A stretch of 64,000 bases of DNA. Source: Botryllus schlosseri (taxonomy: Eukaryota). Positions 41,462-52,899 of the stretch are shown here, one piece after another (within the stretch, counting starts at the first letter, position 1; each line of letters opens with the position of its first letter). Both the position numbers and the translations under genes were made by a program. The stretch lies in assembly GCA_051294905.1 (NCBI GenBank), contig CM119376.1, forward strand, positions 25,854,001 to 25,918,000, read 5' to 3'. Below the pieces are notes generated by a model. It saw only the letters and a program-made list of their open reading frames with translations. It did not search any database and had not been told where the DNA came from.

Positions 41462-44400
41462 ATGGAGAAGTTGTCGTTAGCGTTTTTACTCTCGCTCGCG
41501 GCGTTGAGCAATGGTTTGATGTTTAAATTGCCGGTTAACTCTGAAAAATGCCTGAAAGAAGAAATACACAAAGATGTTCTCGTGAAAGGAGACTACGAAG
41601 TCACTCCCATGGTTGGTGTCAAAGTGGACCTGAGGGTAAGGAGTTATCCGATAGAATAATGTTTTTTAGTTTATCCGAGTAAATATTTTGGTCTCACATA
41701 AAAGATTCCAACTCGGAATTTCACTCGAACACGACTATAGGCCTATGCACCAAGATAAGTATTACATATCCTGAATCTTATAGTTGTGACTTCTCACTTT
41801 ACACATATTGGGAAAATCTATCCAACAACTTCCCACATCCTGTGATTTTAGTGAGTATCTAAAATTTGCTTAGTACCATATCAAACTATATTTATGCTAA
41901 TCCAATATCTGAAAATTAGATTGAAATAATAGTCTATTTAGTTGACAACAATACTGCCTGTGTAATTTATGAAATATGTGTCAGCCTGTCATAGTTTATA
42001 TATATACTAGTGCCATATTCTCACAGTTTTTTAATCAGTACCGGTATTTAACGTAATAGGTAAAATATCTGATTTCTTCGGTAAGAAATTTGACTTTCGC
42101 AGCAACCACACAATCCAACTTGCATCAGTTGTTGATCATGCCTCTGATCTGACCCGGAAACCCAGAGAAAAAACTCCTCACAGTCACAGATGGTGTGTAT
42201 CTTGACCCGAGAAAGCCTCTGATACTGGGGATAAACTGTTTACAAATTATCATAATATAGTATCAGAAGTAGTACAAAGGAACTTGTGCTTTGGTACTTG
42301 AGTAACAGATGACAGCATATATCCAATGATCAGACAATAGCTTATCCAACAAATTGAAAAGCCGGGTCAGTTCTTGAACCCCTGCTCATCATTTAAATAA
42401 CTCCCAGGATGCTTTGTATATGGATCTTTATCCCTGTCTTCAGTGCCTTCTAATGATTTCCTTGTTACTTAATGGGAGGGATGATGCCAAGGTATGGGTT
42501 AGAAAATTATGATCGACCATACAATAAATTCATGTTGGAATAACCCGAATATTTTCGGCTGACACTCGTCAGCAACTAGTAGAGAATTGGAAAGAACATT
42601 GTATATCAACAATCGTATCACAAAATATGACGTCACCAGCATGGAATTTCGAACGAGAGAGCGTCATATTTTGTGATACGATTGTTGATATACAATGTTC
42701 TTTCCAATTCTCTACTAGTTGCTGACGATTACCCTGACGAGTGTCAGCCGAAAATACTCAGTTTTATTTCAATATGAATATACTATTCAATTGTATATTG
42801 AAGTTGTGTACCTCCAAGAAGCTCTTCATACAATAAATGTATCATATGATCCCTACGCTACATTGTTATCATATTACAGGTGACAGATTCAAACAGTCAT
42901 GTTTTGTATCAAAAAGAAGATGCAGGAGAGGGGAAATTTGCTTTCACTACAGATGATTATGACATGTTCCAAGTTTGCTTCAAGAGTGTATCGAGTGTTC
43001 ATGGTAATACCTCGTTTGCGTTGGGTTTCATGTTACATCAATTTTATATCAGTGCAGTTTATTTGTTGTGTTTAGAGTTTTCCGTTCATGTAAGTGGTAG
43101 TTTATGGCTAGATTTGCTTGTCTTTATAAGAGACAATGTTTTTGATGTCCTGAATAATCACGACGACCATGCCATACAATACAAACCTGTATTACTACTG
43201 GGGATGTACTTCTGAAATTGCTAGTATTTTTGGATTCACCTGGCTCGCTATTTTGTAATTTGCTGCCTCCACTTGCAGTATTACATAAAAACTACTTGTC
43301 ATTTTCTATAGCATGTACAATTGTACATTGTAAATCCACATGAAAATTGGAATGCGGTCACTGCATTTTCTTGAGCATCAACAGTGCGACTGTGCGTTAA
43401 GCACATACGAATGTATTCTTCAAATCCCTGTAGCACATAATTCTCACCTCCATACAAACCTGATTTTCAAAACGTAGAAAAAAGTAGACCTAGTTGAAAT
43501 AAGGGTAACAAATTTTGTGATTTCTTTTGACACAACTTGTTACAAATTTTATCTTGCTACTAACCTGACTATTTTTGAAGACTGCATGATTCAATTCTGC
43601 TGTTGACTTGTTTGCATACTCTCGTACCAATGATTTGAAGTCACTAGGCCTACCCTTATTGTTCTCTGCATTTGTGTGTCCGCCTGCTGACGTGGCTCCT
43701 ATCGCGCTGGTATCCTACACTCAGTAACTTGAAGTCAACAGCAATTAGACCTTTGGATGTGATCGCTGCATTCTATTTCAATCTACTACTACAATATTCG
43801 ATAGAATGTGAAACCAGAAGTTGAACTGACATATCGATCTCGACTTCCATCCATGCCACCTGATTTTGTCGCTTGTCCTTTTGTATTATCTTCCGTACTC
43901 TTCATTCAGTGTGCATTAGAGTGGAGTGAAAATAACATCTTTTTTAAATAAAAAAGGGGGTTATTAAATCCTGACAAATGACCTAAAACTTGGAAAACAA
44001 TTGACTTTTGAGGATTGCCCCCATTTTCCAGCCGACAACCCCCCAATTTCTGACCGCGAAGGTGTATAATGGCCCATCTCGACAACTACTGGTCGTAGAG
44101 TCATGATATATAGCTCAAAAGCTGCCAAAAACATGTTTCTATCTGTCTTGAGAACGTTTTCTCTATTGTGAAAACAAAACGTGTTACAGCTGGCTGGTAG
44201 ACCATTGCTGACATGGTATATTTGCTACTGAGGGCACAGTCAAAGCATGACTTAACTCTTCTCCTTTCTCATGGAGACGGTCGCTCGCTTGGGTATTCCG
44301 CAACAGTATTCACGATCGGGCGTCGTCAGCGGCACTTCCCGGCCCACTGATCGCTACCCGCCATGCATTCATTAAGAGCCTTGATGTTCTTTTGCCATTT

Positions 44401-45664
44401 TACCGATATTGAGCACGACGCAGTCCACACACCTCGTTACGTCCTACGCCAAGCCCATCTTGTACGTATACCCTTGTACGCTTCGTCCATGAGCACAGCA
44501 TAGTTGAAGAAATCTTCAAGCCTCAGTAAGCTGGGATGCCACAGCCTCACACATCTGCTGCAAGATCAGCGGTCTAAGCACAACTGTGTCCTTCCACTCC
44601 ACTTGAATGGGTCCGACGACCACTCAGGGTCTCCTTCCACAGCCATATTCTAGATCAGGGGTCACCAATTTTCACTCCACCCTAGTGTGCATGCCATTGC
44701 CTCTTTCTTTACTTCGCCTGGGTGTCTGATTTTATAGACTACTCCGAGTTGTTTCGACACCTTCCTTCATTGTATCGCAGTCTTGTGGTATTTGAAACGA
44801 TGAAATTCTTAATAAACTGATACTGACTCCAATTAAATGCATCCTATCTATTATATCAAGGTAAAACGGGCGATCAGGATATAAAGCTTTCCATGAAACG
44901 CGGAGTTGAAGCAAAGAATTATGACGATGTAAGTTTTAACGATGTCATGTTACTGTGGATGGTGTTGATAATTGATTTGTATCTGTTTAGCTCGCAAAGA
45001 CTGAAAAATTGAAGCCATTGGAAGTGGAATTGAGGCGACTTGAAGATTTGTCCGAGTCGATTGTGGGCGCTTTTGCCTATATGAAAACTAGAGAGATGGA
45101 GATGAGAGACACCAATGGTATGTTGTGACATGAGTTTAGTTTGGTTTTGAATAAGGATTTTCTGTTTGTATGTTGTGAAGATGTTTTTTCTCTAACGCCG
45201 ATACCATACCCCTAAGTCTCTGATCTTGCATTCACTGCAAAATTGTGTATGCAGCAGGCGTTATTTTACCATTCTCCATGCGGCCAATTGGAACTATTTG
45301 CGTAAAAGGTTTGACCATTTTGCGACTATCATTATTTGGACATGATTCTCTGTAAACAGTTTGGAACATTTATAGAGCTGAATAAAGACGAGGCAATTGT
45401 CAATTGACCTGGCGTTCAAAAGTTGGTCCACAGAGCAGGCTCATCGATTTTTGTCCTATTGAATATTCTGGAGCAATGGCAACTTATAAATATACCGTGT
45501 TATGCATGATGATTGATGACTAATAATTGATTTTCTTTTCAGAATCAACAAATTCCAGGGTGCTATATTTCAGTATTTTCTCAATGCTGTGTCTTGTCGG
45601 CCTGGCGACGTGGCAAGTACTGTACCTCCGAAAGTTCTTCAAGTCAAAGAAACTGATAGAATAG
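41462..45664 (+). CDS. TMED10: p24 delta / TMP21 cargo receptor; exons 41462-41635, 42880-43003, 44861-44928, 44991-45117, 45543-45664; 204 aa
   Basis: Signal peptide; [18 protein letters not shown]; [17 protein letters not shown]; GVEAKNY; [21 protein letters not shown]; TM segment [23 protein letters not shown]; C-terminal [13 protein letters not shown] introns in phase. Confidence 0.97.
42541..42830. repeat. Near-perfect inverted pair of Penelope-like tails
   Basis: Minus copy ~42541-42645 and plus copy ~42660-42830. Confidence 0.85.
43917..44684. mobile_element. Non-autonomous hAT-like element with GC-richer internal cargo, in TMED10 intron 2
   Basis: TIR TAGAGTGGAGTGAAAAT / ATTTTCACTCCACCCTA; perfect TSD GTGTGCAT. 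A lone right end of the same family lies at ~31380-31494. Confidence 0.88.
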
Positions 45665-45774
45665 ATAAGCACTACTACCGCAGAGAGGCATATTTATCAA
45701 GTCTTTCATGAACTTCTCAATTTGTTGCTATTTTAGGTGGATTATACTTTATTTACGGGACTTTCGAGCGCGTT

Positions 45775-45830
45775 ACGGGGTAGTACTTGTTATTCCTGAG
45801 ATACGGGGTAGTACTTGTTATTCCTGAGAT
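45775..45830 (+). repeat. Perfect 28-bp tandem duplication in the TMED10 3' region
   Basis: ACGGGGTAGTACTTGTTATTCCTGAGAT x2. Confidence 0.95.
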
Positions 45831-46188
45831 TCTAAGTGGCAGTATGCACTACTAGCGTTTCTCGCGAATGTAACTCTATGAATCTTCAGGGATCGGGATC
45901 GCACTCTGCTCCCTTCAAACAGCATTTAAATATATATATCCATGCGTAGTCTTGTTGGGTAATATGTGAAGTGAACCATGAACGAATGTTTAATTTGCTC
46001 TGCTGAGGCAGTAATCTGACAATGTATTTGTAGCTGTGAGGTCTGTGCTTCACTTTCATGTAGGCAACTTGATAATAACCAATCTGGTGTAATATTCAAT
46101 TGCCTCATGCCTCTGTCGCGCAGAAGTTGAAATCGGCTCTTGTGTAATTTTGGTGTTTCGGAGCCATGTATGTTATTTGGTTCCATAG

Positions 46189-46379
46189 AATCAGCTGCCG
46201 AACGGCAATATTTTGTCTTATCTTTAATGGAATGTTTGCAAGAGAATAAAAGATACAGGAGTTTTGAGAAACGTGGGTGGCAGTAACTGATTATCCTCTT
46301 CTGTTTTGAATAACTTTTGAGCCGTGTCTTGACAGGTTTCGGGTACGACGTCCTGGGCAGCAGTGAGACGCAGGAGTAG
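46189..46379 (+). CDS. Two exon-like segments 46189-46272 and 46336-46379 (ESAAERQYFVLSLMECLQENKRYRSFEK-RFGYDVLGSSETQE*); possible alternative 3' end of TMED10
   Basis: Acceptor GTTATTTGGTTCCATAG; 63-nt GTGGGT...CTTGACAG intron with a CTGAT branch-like motif. Phase 1 matches the TMED10 exon 4 donor. Confidence 0.45.
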
Positions 46380-46498
46380 CAACTAAATACGCGATTGCTA
46401 CTTTTAGAAAACCTCCGTTGACGTTTCTGCAAGTCAAGCTAGCCAACTTACAAAATAGAAAGTAGCATTTGGATAGATTAGCCTTACTTATATATGTG

Positions 46499-46970
46499 TA
46501 GGGCTGGGCACAATCTGAATCGAGTATTAATTTGAATGATTCGAGTAGGTAAAACGATTTTTTTGAGTACTGAAATTATACGCTCCTCACCACTGAAAGT
46601 TAATTTATCAACGAGAATTATAGTTTTGATACTAATTTTCACTGTTGAAACCTTCATAGGCGATATTGTAGCATACGAAACATATACTACAAAGCTACGA
46701 AGGTTGCTGGACGTAGCACATCTCCGAAGTCACGATTATCCCACATTATCAGCAAGTAGAATGAACCGGTATGGTCGAAAAATACCAAAAGTATCATTTA
46801 TGAGTTGGATAACAGGCATTATATTCTTAGTGGTGGCATAAACGGTACATATTTGATCTTTGACGTATTACATTCTGTTATGACATCATAATGAGTGATG
46901 CTCGATTACTCGAAGCATATTACGTGATTCAGAATCGAATCACTCAGGTATTCGATTTTGCCGAGCCCTA
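46499..46970. mobile_element. hAT-like MITE
   Basis: TIR TAGGGCTGGGCACAATC / GATTTTGCCGAGCCCTA; TSD TATATGTG / CTTATGTG. Confidence 0.75.
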
Positions 46971-47795
46971 CTTATGTGAACAAGATAGTCATGCGATGTA
47001 TCATGCCAACACGGATTTTGAAATTAGCAATTAGTCGTGGCACCATTTGTGATCGCTAAGGCAAGTTTTTGCAACTTTTTTTTACAGCTTCCTAAATACT
47101 CAGCTGTTTGGTGGATTCTTATATTGCAACTTTTCTCCATTTTTTTCATGCAACTTTTTTCGAATTTTCATGCAACTAACTTTTTCCTGGAAATATTTGG
47201 CACTATATGCAAATAGATTTCTTCACTATCGTTTAAATTTGAGGTCCTTTCTGATTTGATGTACATTAGGGCTAGAAAGCCGAAAATTACATTTCCACGG
47301 GGTCAATTTTTTCAGGCTATTGATTTTGTTGAAGTCGCCAACACCGTGTTTTGCTCAGTCCCTTGGATACGGATCGATTCGAGTATCTCATACCCTAATA
47401 ATTTCAAGGAACTTGTCCATAAATGCAACTTCGTGAAGAATAAATGCAAATTTTTACTGCAACTTTTGTGAAAAATAAATGCCACTTTCCACTGATTTGA
47501 CTGCAACCACAACTTGCGCTAGGGATCACACAGCACGTCGCAAAGATGCATTTTGAAAGCTGTCGCCACCAGCTGACTCAACTAATCCCACATGATCCAG
47601 TCCAAATTTCTTTTCAAACCACCTCAGTCATTTTCCGACTTTTGACATGCCCTAAAACTCCTTTACTTGCTATTGGTTATCATGAATGAAGCCACTTTAA
47701 CGCCACTGGATAATAACAAATTAAGCGATCCAATCTGTACAACTGCTGCGTGGCACATATCATTTCAAGAGCGTTCCATTTATCATTGTTTGTCA

Positions 47796-50103
47796 TTAAA
47801 TAAAAAAATTAATTGGTTCATCAAAACTATCGCAATCAACACTCGTAACTGCTGAGTGCTTAGGCAGTCTTCCTTTTTTTCGATACACCTCTTTGGGCAA
47901 TTGCACTTTTTGCGATTCGGTCACGTCTCTGTCCGCCAGTATACGGATGAGATTTCGGTGGAACGAATGGATCATTTGCAGGTTCAAAGTTAATTTTTGA
48001 TGAGAAATATCGACGATGTGCTGTACGTAGTCATCCGCGACCAGTCTTTCACCCTAAAAAATCAGAGGGGACTGACACGCAATTATTTGAAGCAGTCATT
48101 TGAATGTGCAGCGAATTGCATAAGTGTAACAACATCGCTACATGCAGTTCGACTTTTGGCCAGCGCACGTCTCAAATTGTCAGATGAGCGTCTGGGCCCA
48201 TCCCCTGCATCGCGGCTCATACAGTGTCTTTACAAAGTTAAAGTCTTGAAGAAAGTCCTGATGAAGGACAAATAAATGGAAGACATTGAAAGATTGAGAT
48301 CATACGCTGTAGCCGGCACATGAATACTGGAAATATTAGTATGGCAGGGTGTTCAGTAACAAAGTACTTCGATTTCTTTGGAGTACACAAACAGGTTCTG
48401 CCTGTTTGTACTATTTACTTCAGTGGTTATGATTCTAGACTACTTCTACTTAACAGTCAATTTTTCAGCCCAAATTACGCGAAAATACTTCATTTTTTAC
48501 TTGGACATCTATACTTATGTTACCCCTACTTGAGTACCAATAATGAATACTTCGGTCACCCCTGTTAGATCTAGAGACCACATCATTTCGTCGTTTCAAC
48601 ATCCTCATCTGCTGATTACATCACATTGTGCAAGGGATTACCTTGGAGTTGACGATGCCGCATAATCATGAAGCTTGTAGCTGAACATGGGTTACGTCAA
48701 TGATGCCCCAGTTAGTGAATTAACATAGGACATCGAGAGGTGGTTAAAATACTCGTATTTTATCCTCAGGTAGTGATTTCCAGGTATGTAAAAAGTCAGA
48801 ATTCTTGGCAAAGTTTTGTCCAAGAAAAGAAAAGTGTTAAGTAGAACTCTAAAATAATAACCAGGTGAGTAAATAGTGCCAGTAGGCAAAAAATGAATGT
48901 GTACTTCAAGAAAGTAGAAGTACTTCTTTACTGAGTACCTCTTGAGGACATTGCATTGTGTCTTGTATATCGCATTGTGTCAGGTATATCGCATTGTCTT
49001 GGGTAGATGAAATTCATCAGTTCCTTCCAATTACCATATCAAACTTACCTTATCATTTGTCAACGGTACTTCAAGACACGCGGTCCCTCTGACGGCTGCT
49101 ATGATTTTTCTCCCACTTTTTCCGAACGTGATTCCAGAATTACGAAATCCCGATTCAACGGCTGCAGTGTGTAGCAATCGAGCTTTTTCTATAGTCCGGC
49201 ATTGGGCGTGAAGTACAAAGGGTTCGAATTTATATTTGCTCGAGCAATCCACCGAGTAGAAAGTACTCGTCAGTTCTTTGATATCAAACGTTTTGTGTGA
49301 TACAAAAAACCAATGGCATCCTTTTTTACTGTTCTGTTTCGCGTTATCGAGTCTTTTCTCGGTTGTCAGATCATCAGAACACAATAATATCCTTCCCGAA
49401 CAGGAACTGGTTGTGAAGAAGTCGTCATGGGAGTTGATGTACGAGACCAGGTCGTGTATCTCTTCGTCGATGCTACCTTTACGACTGATGTCACATTTTC
49501 TTATTGTTGCTTCTTTCCACCGCCGAAATTCATCGACAGATGCACCGTACGTTCGACCTGTGAATTGATAGATGCTGAGATCATGATCATTCACTGGCAG
49601 TCAAGTAGGCTACTATCTGTTCTGAGCAACCGAATCAAATAGGTCACCTCTGTAATTACCACTTTGTGTAGTGAAGGAGAGTGGTTCTAATTTTACACTT
49701 CTACTACAGCGACTGCATTCCGTACAAAAGTACCGTACTTCTCAAATTTTGTCAATCAGAATGCCACATAATAAATGTATCTGAACCGATCTTATCAGTA
49801 AAACAGGCTGAATTGCAATATTGTACATCAATGCCATTTTGCAGCTATTACAGCTCACCGACTAAAAAATATTTGGTATGCACCGTCGTCTTTTAAAAAC
49901 ACCTGTTTACAGCTTCTATTTGTAGTAGCTGTGGTAGGGTCTACCTGAGGAATTACTTACCCTTCAGTAATATCAATAACTACTTGGACCACCTAAGATA
50001 GATGGATTCTACGGTACATAAAAATCTCCATCACAGAAAACTCACTTTTCCTCATGAAAGAGTTGTCAGAGTCGGCCGACTTTGTTGCATCTTTGGTTGA
50101 CAT
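47796..50103 (-). CDS. TYW3: tRNA wybutosine-synthesizing protein 3; exons 50103-50046, 49557-49049, 48053-47796; 274 aa
   Basis: DISRKGSIDEEI, FFTTSSCSGRI, KFEPFVLHAQC, ESGFRNSGIT, AVRGTACLEVPL. The third exon GERLVADDYVQHIVDISHQKL matches the family C-terminal helix. The ATG exon was found 0.5 kb upstream with a GTGAGT donor in phase 1. Confidence 0.92.
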
Positions 50104-50377
50104 TATATCAGCAGCTTGACCTTGAAATATAATCACTAACAGAAAAATCATATTTTAAAGCACATATATGAAATAAGTTCGCAAAGTGAATCCGACTGAA
50201 AATCATTAAGAACTAGCGGAAGAAGTCCTCAAGCCAACATGACGACGATTATAATTTAGACATGAAATCAGCCTTAAAGATAGGTCAGGATTGCAAGTGA
50301 CTATTATTCTATTACGATATATACAGCCCTCAGTATCATGGTTTCAGTAGGTCACAAAAGATGAGTGACATGCCTGA

Positions 50378-50818
50378 TCAATACATCGCATCCCTATCCT
50401 CTTCATTTAAAAAGTATATTTTTACATCCCCTTTGTCAGTCGTGACTATTTCATCAAACTTAATAAAGAAGTAAGCCCCCAGTCCATACGTCAAGCAAGG
50501 AAATCCCAAATTTAAAATTTTCAAAAATCCAAAGAACCTGTCTTCCAAATTCAAGTTCTGATGCTTCCGTTTCGAACAGTGATATTTTAAATATGGCCAA
50601 CATCCCGTTCTCAATATATGATAATTGACATTATCCACTTTCCAGTTGAAATGAGACTTCCCGAATTGATCGTTCACAACACTCGATTGTCGTACAAAAT
50701 ATGAGGTCCAGTGAGGTAAGTCCCTTTGTCGCAAATGTGCCGTGAGTACCTCCGATGCTTTAGGTTTGGATGTATTCCTTCGCCAAACGCATATTGCATT
50801 GATGATTTTGGATTTCAT
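50378..50818 (-). CDS. C15orf61: C15orf61-like conserved protein (DUF4528), single coding exon, 146 aa
   Basis: KPKASEVLTAHLRQRDLPHWTSYFV, NDQFGKSHFNW, YHILRTGCWPYLKYHCSKR and YFLNEEDRDAMY are characteristic of the family. Confidence 0.9.
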   Translation of the reverse strand: MKSKIINAICVWRRNTSKPKASEVLTAHLRQRDLPHWTSYFVRQSSVVNDQFGKSHFNWKVDNVNYHILRTGCWPYLKYHCSKRKHQNLNLEDRFFGFLKILNLGFPCLTYGLGAYFFIKFDEIVTTDKGDVKIYFLNEEDRDAMY

Positions 50819-51483
50819 TAATTCAGAAATTTAAATAGAAGCCTTGCCTAACAAACGTAACGAGAAGGTTCTAAAAAAAATGCAATGTGACAGTCATGGC
50901 TACAATAGCCCCAATCGGACAAGATAAGCGGAATCATCATGATGGTCTGGCCTATTGCGACCATCAATTATAAAATCAGCAGTTAGAGCTACTGTGATCA
51001 CAAAGTCCTTCATAAATTACATGGTATGATATTAAATTGAACGCATGTTGGCATGACCGACAACTATAGAAAAGACATAGCAAGCCATATTATGTTCTAG
51101 GTATGATTTTGACCTCAGCAGTTCTTTAAAAATACTGCAGTTATTGAACGACCAACATTTCCAAGCTGAATACGCAAACGGAAAAACTATTTGACTGGCG
51201 GTAGCAGATTTGTTACAAGTTTATCATGGGTGAATGTGTGAGAACACAGTCTATCATCATGAAATTCCCATTTTGAGAATCCAAACTGAAATCCGTCAAA
51301 GGGCTATGTCCGCAGTAGTCCCTGGCCCTGCAGAAAAACTCAATAGCAGATTTCTCAGTAAAAATAATCTCCTCAAAATGTTCGAGCGTCTGAATGACGT
51401 AGGAGTACCAAAACTTGTGTACTCATTCGAGCTAAAGCGCAAAATTTATCGCTTTTCCACAATATAAAACGGTTCAAAGCTTT

Positions 51484-52776
51484 CTACGCTTCACTCGTAG
51501 CAGCTTTTTTATACCAAAAACGAGCACGATGATCTTCACTGCAACTTATAAATCCCGGGCAAGTGGTAGAGTGTGCGATCTGATGGACGGGACCATTGTG
51601 ACCAAGCGAGAGTAGCCTCTGACGTTCACCAGTGCGTGTATCCCAACAGCACAAAGATATCGTCTTTTCGTCCGGAAACAATGCGTAATCTTCTGTATGG
51701 TTGAAGACTCCTTGCGCCTTATGGATTTGTTTTCCGCTTAATTCTGCTCCGGTGTACGCAATTAGTGATCTTCCAGTAGCGGTTTCCCATAGTCGACATA
51801 CACTGTCTTTCCCACTCGTGAGCAGATACTTTCCATTTCGAGAAAACTGCACGGAACACACTTGCTCCCCACTGTGTGCTTTTTGATATGTGGCAATACA
51901 TCTATTGCTCACACCATCCCATAGCTTTACATCACCATCTTTATTAGCACTGGCATAAACTTTGCCTTCATTATTGTAGGTAATCATTGTGATCGGACCT
52001 CTGTGTTGATCTTTGCTGTTGCAACTAACGTAGCATTGGAATGTGTTGAGGTCGTACAGGCGTATTACCGGATGTTGTGTGCCGACTAGCAGAAAATCAC
52101 CTGTAGGGTGCATTGCCAAAGCGCGCACCGTAGCTACTTCTTGAATTGTCTTCGATGCCTTCTTTGTGGAGCTTTTTGAGAAGTCAAACACCTTCACTGT
52201 ACAGTCTCGACTGCCTGACACAAGCAGTTGTTGACTTGGATGGAAATCCAAACATGTAACCTCATCCATATGGTCGTATAAAGTACGAATGACAGGGTGA
52301 TCGACCATTCCGGCTTGATCAATGTGTCCTTGATTGGCTTCGAATATGCTCTTTGAAATCATACGTTCTACATCCAGCACTTTGATTGATGTATCAACCG
52401 ACCCAGTTGCTACATACAGACCATTTTTCGAGAATTTGGCAGCACGGCATGGGCCTTTGTGAGCCGTAACATAGCATGTGTCATACATGGTTACCTCTGG
52501 CGACGTAATTTGTACATCTGTTTCGAATTCCAAGTCGATTCCGCTGCCAGGAGCGACCAGATCTTTGTTAGTTGTCATTCTGAAATCCTTTTCGTGTTCA
52601 ATGTGCGTGATTCCTGTCTCAAACACTTTGAGAAGTTTGTCAGACGGGGGACATTGCGTTGTCGGCTTGACTTGAGAGGTCAAGCTCTTGGCAACGGCGA
52701 TGTATCCGTCGTTCAACAGCTGACTGATGATTGCTCGGTAAAGATTGTCTCGCATTTTTACATTGTCAGGCTTCAT
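51484..52776 (-). CDS. CSTF1: Cleavage stimulation factor 50 kDa subunit (WD40), intronless, 430 aa
   Basis: N-terminal dimerisation motif LYRAIISQLLNDGY; TCYVTAHKGPCR; HPVIRTLYDH; WD repeats ending SCSEDHRARFWY. ATG at 52776; the longer track ORF starts at an upstream GTG. Confidence 0.97.
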   Translation of the reverse strand: MKPDNVKMRDNLYRAIISQLLNDGYIAVAKSLTSQVKPTTQCPPSDKLLKVFETGITHIEHEKDFRMTTNKDLVAPGSGIDLEFETDVQITSPEVTMYDTCYVTAHKGPCRAAKFSKNGLYVATGSVDTSIKVLDVERMISKSIFEANQGHIDQAGMVDHPVIRTLYDHMDEVTCLDFHPSQQLLVSGSRDCTVKVFDFSKSSTKKASKTIQEVATVRALAMHPTGDFLLVGTQHPVIRLYDLNTFQCYVSCNSKDQHRGPITMITYNNEGKVYASANKDGDVKLWDGVSNRCIATYQKAHSGEQVCSVQFSRNGKYLLTSGKDSVCRLWETATGRSLIAYTGAELSGKQIHKAQGVFNHTEDYALFPDEKTISLCCWDTRTGERQRLLSLGHNGPVHQIAHSTTCPGFISCSEDHRARFWYKKAATSEA

Positions 52777-52826
52777 TTTCCTTTTTCCGTCAAGATAACG
52801 ATACACAAACAAGCTCACGTACTCAC

Positions 52827-52899
52827 CAACTTCGAATTCCTCAAGACCGCAGGCAATGTGTTTGCTTGAATTTACATACTCAATTTGAACTCTGTTTTC
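52827..52899 (-). other. Candidate 73-nt leader exon upstream of CSTF1
   Basis: Bounded by acceptor GGTTTCTTAG (AG at 52901-52900) and donor G|GTGAGT (52826); a second GTGAGC lies 8 nt further on. Confidence 0.45.

Noticed and set aside
45926-46432. 168-aa minus-strand ORF as a gene
   Set aside because: Starts at TTG with no recognisable family; better explained as the antisense shadow of the plus-strand exon candidates at 46189-46379.
46536-46841. 101-aa ORF
   Set aside because: Lies entirely inside a MITE with TIRs and a TSD; no protein motifs.
49558-49594. GTG start for TYW3 and GTG/TTG starts for CSTF1 and PPP2R3C as given by the ORF track
   Set aside because: Proper ATGs exist: TYW3 in an upstream exon at 50103, CSTF1 at 52776 and PPP2R3C at 8747.
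49278-49642. Plus-strand ORFs overlapping TYW3 (likewise those antisense to CSTF1, SANBR and TTLL5 exons)
   Set aside because: Antisense shadows of real coding exons; no independent splice or homology support.
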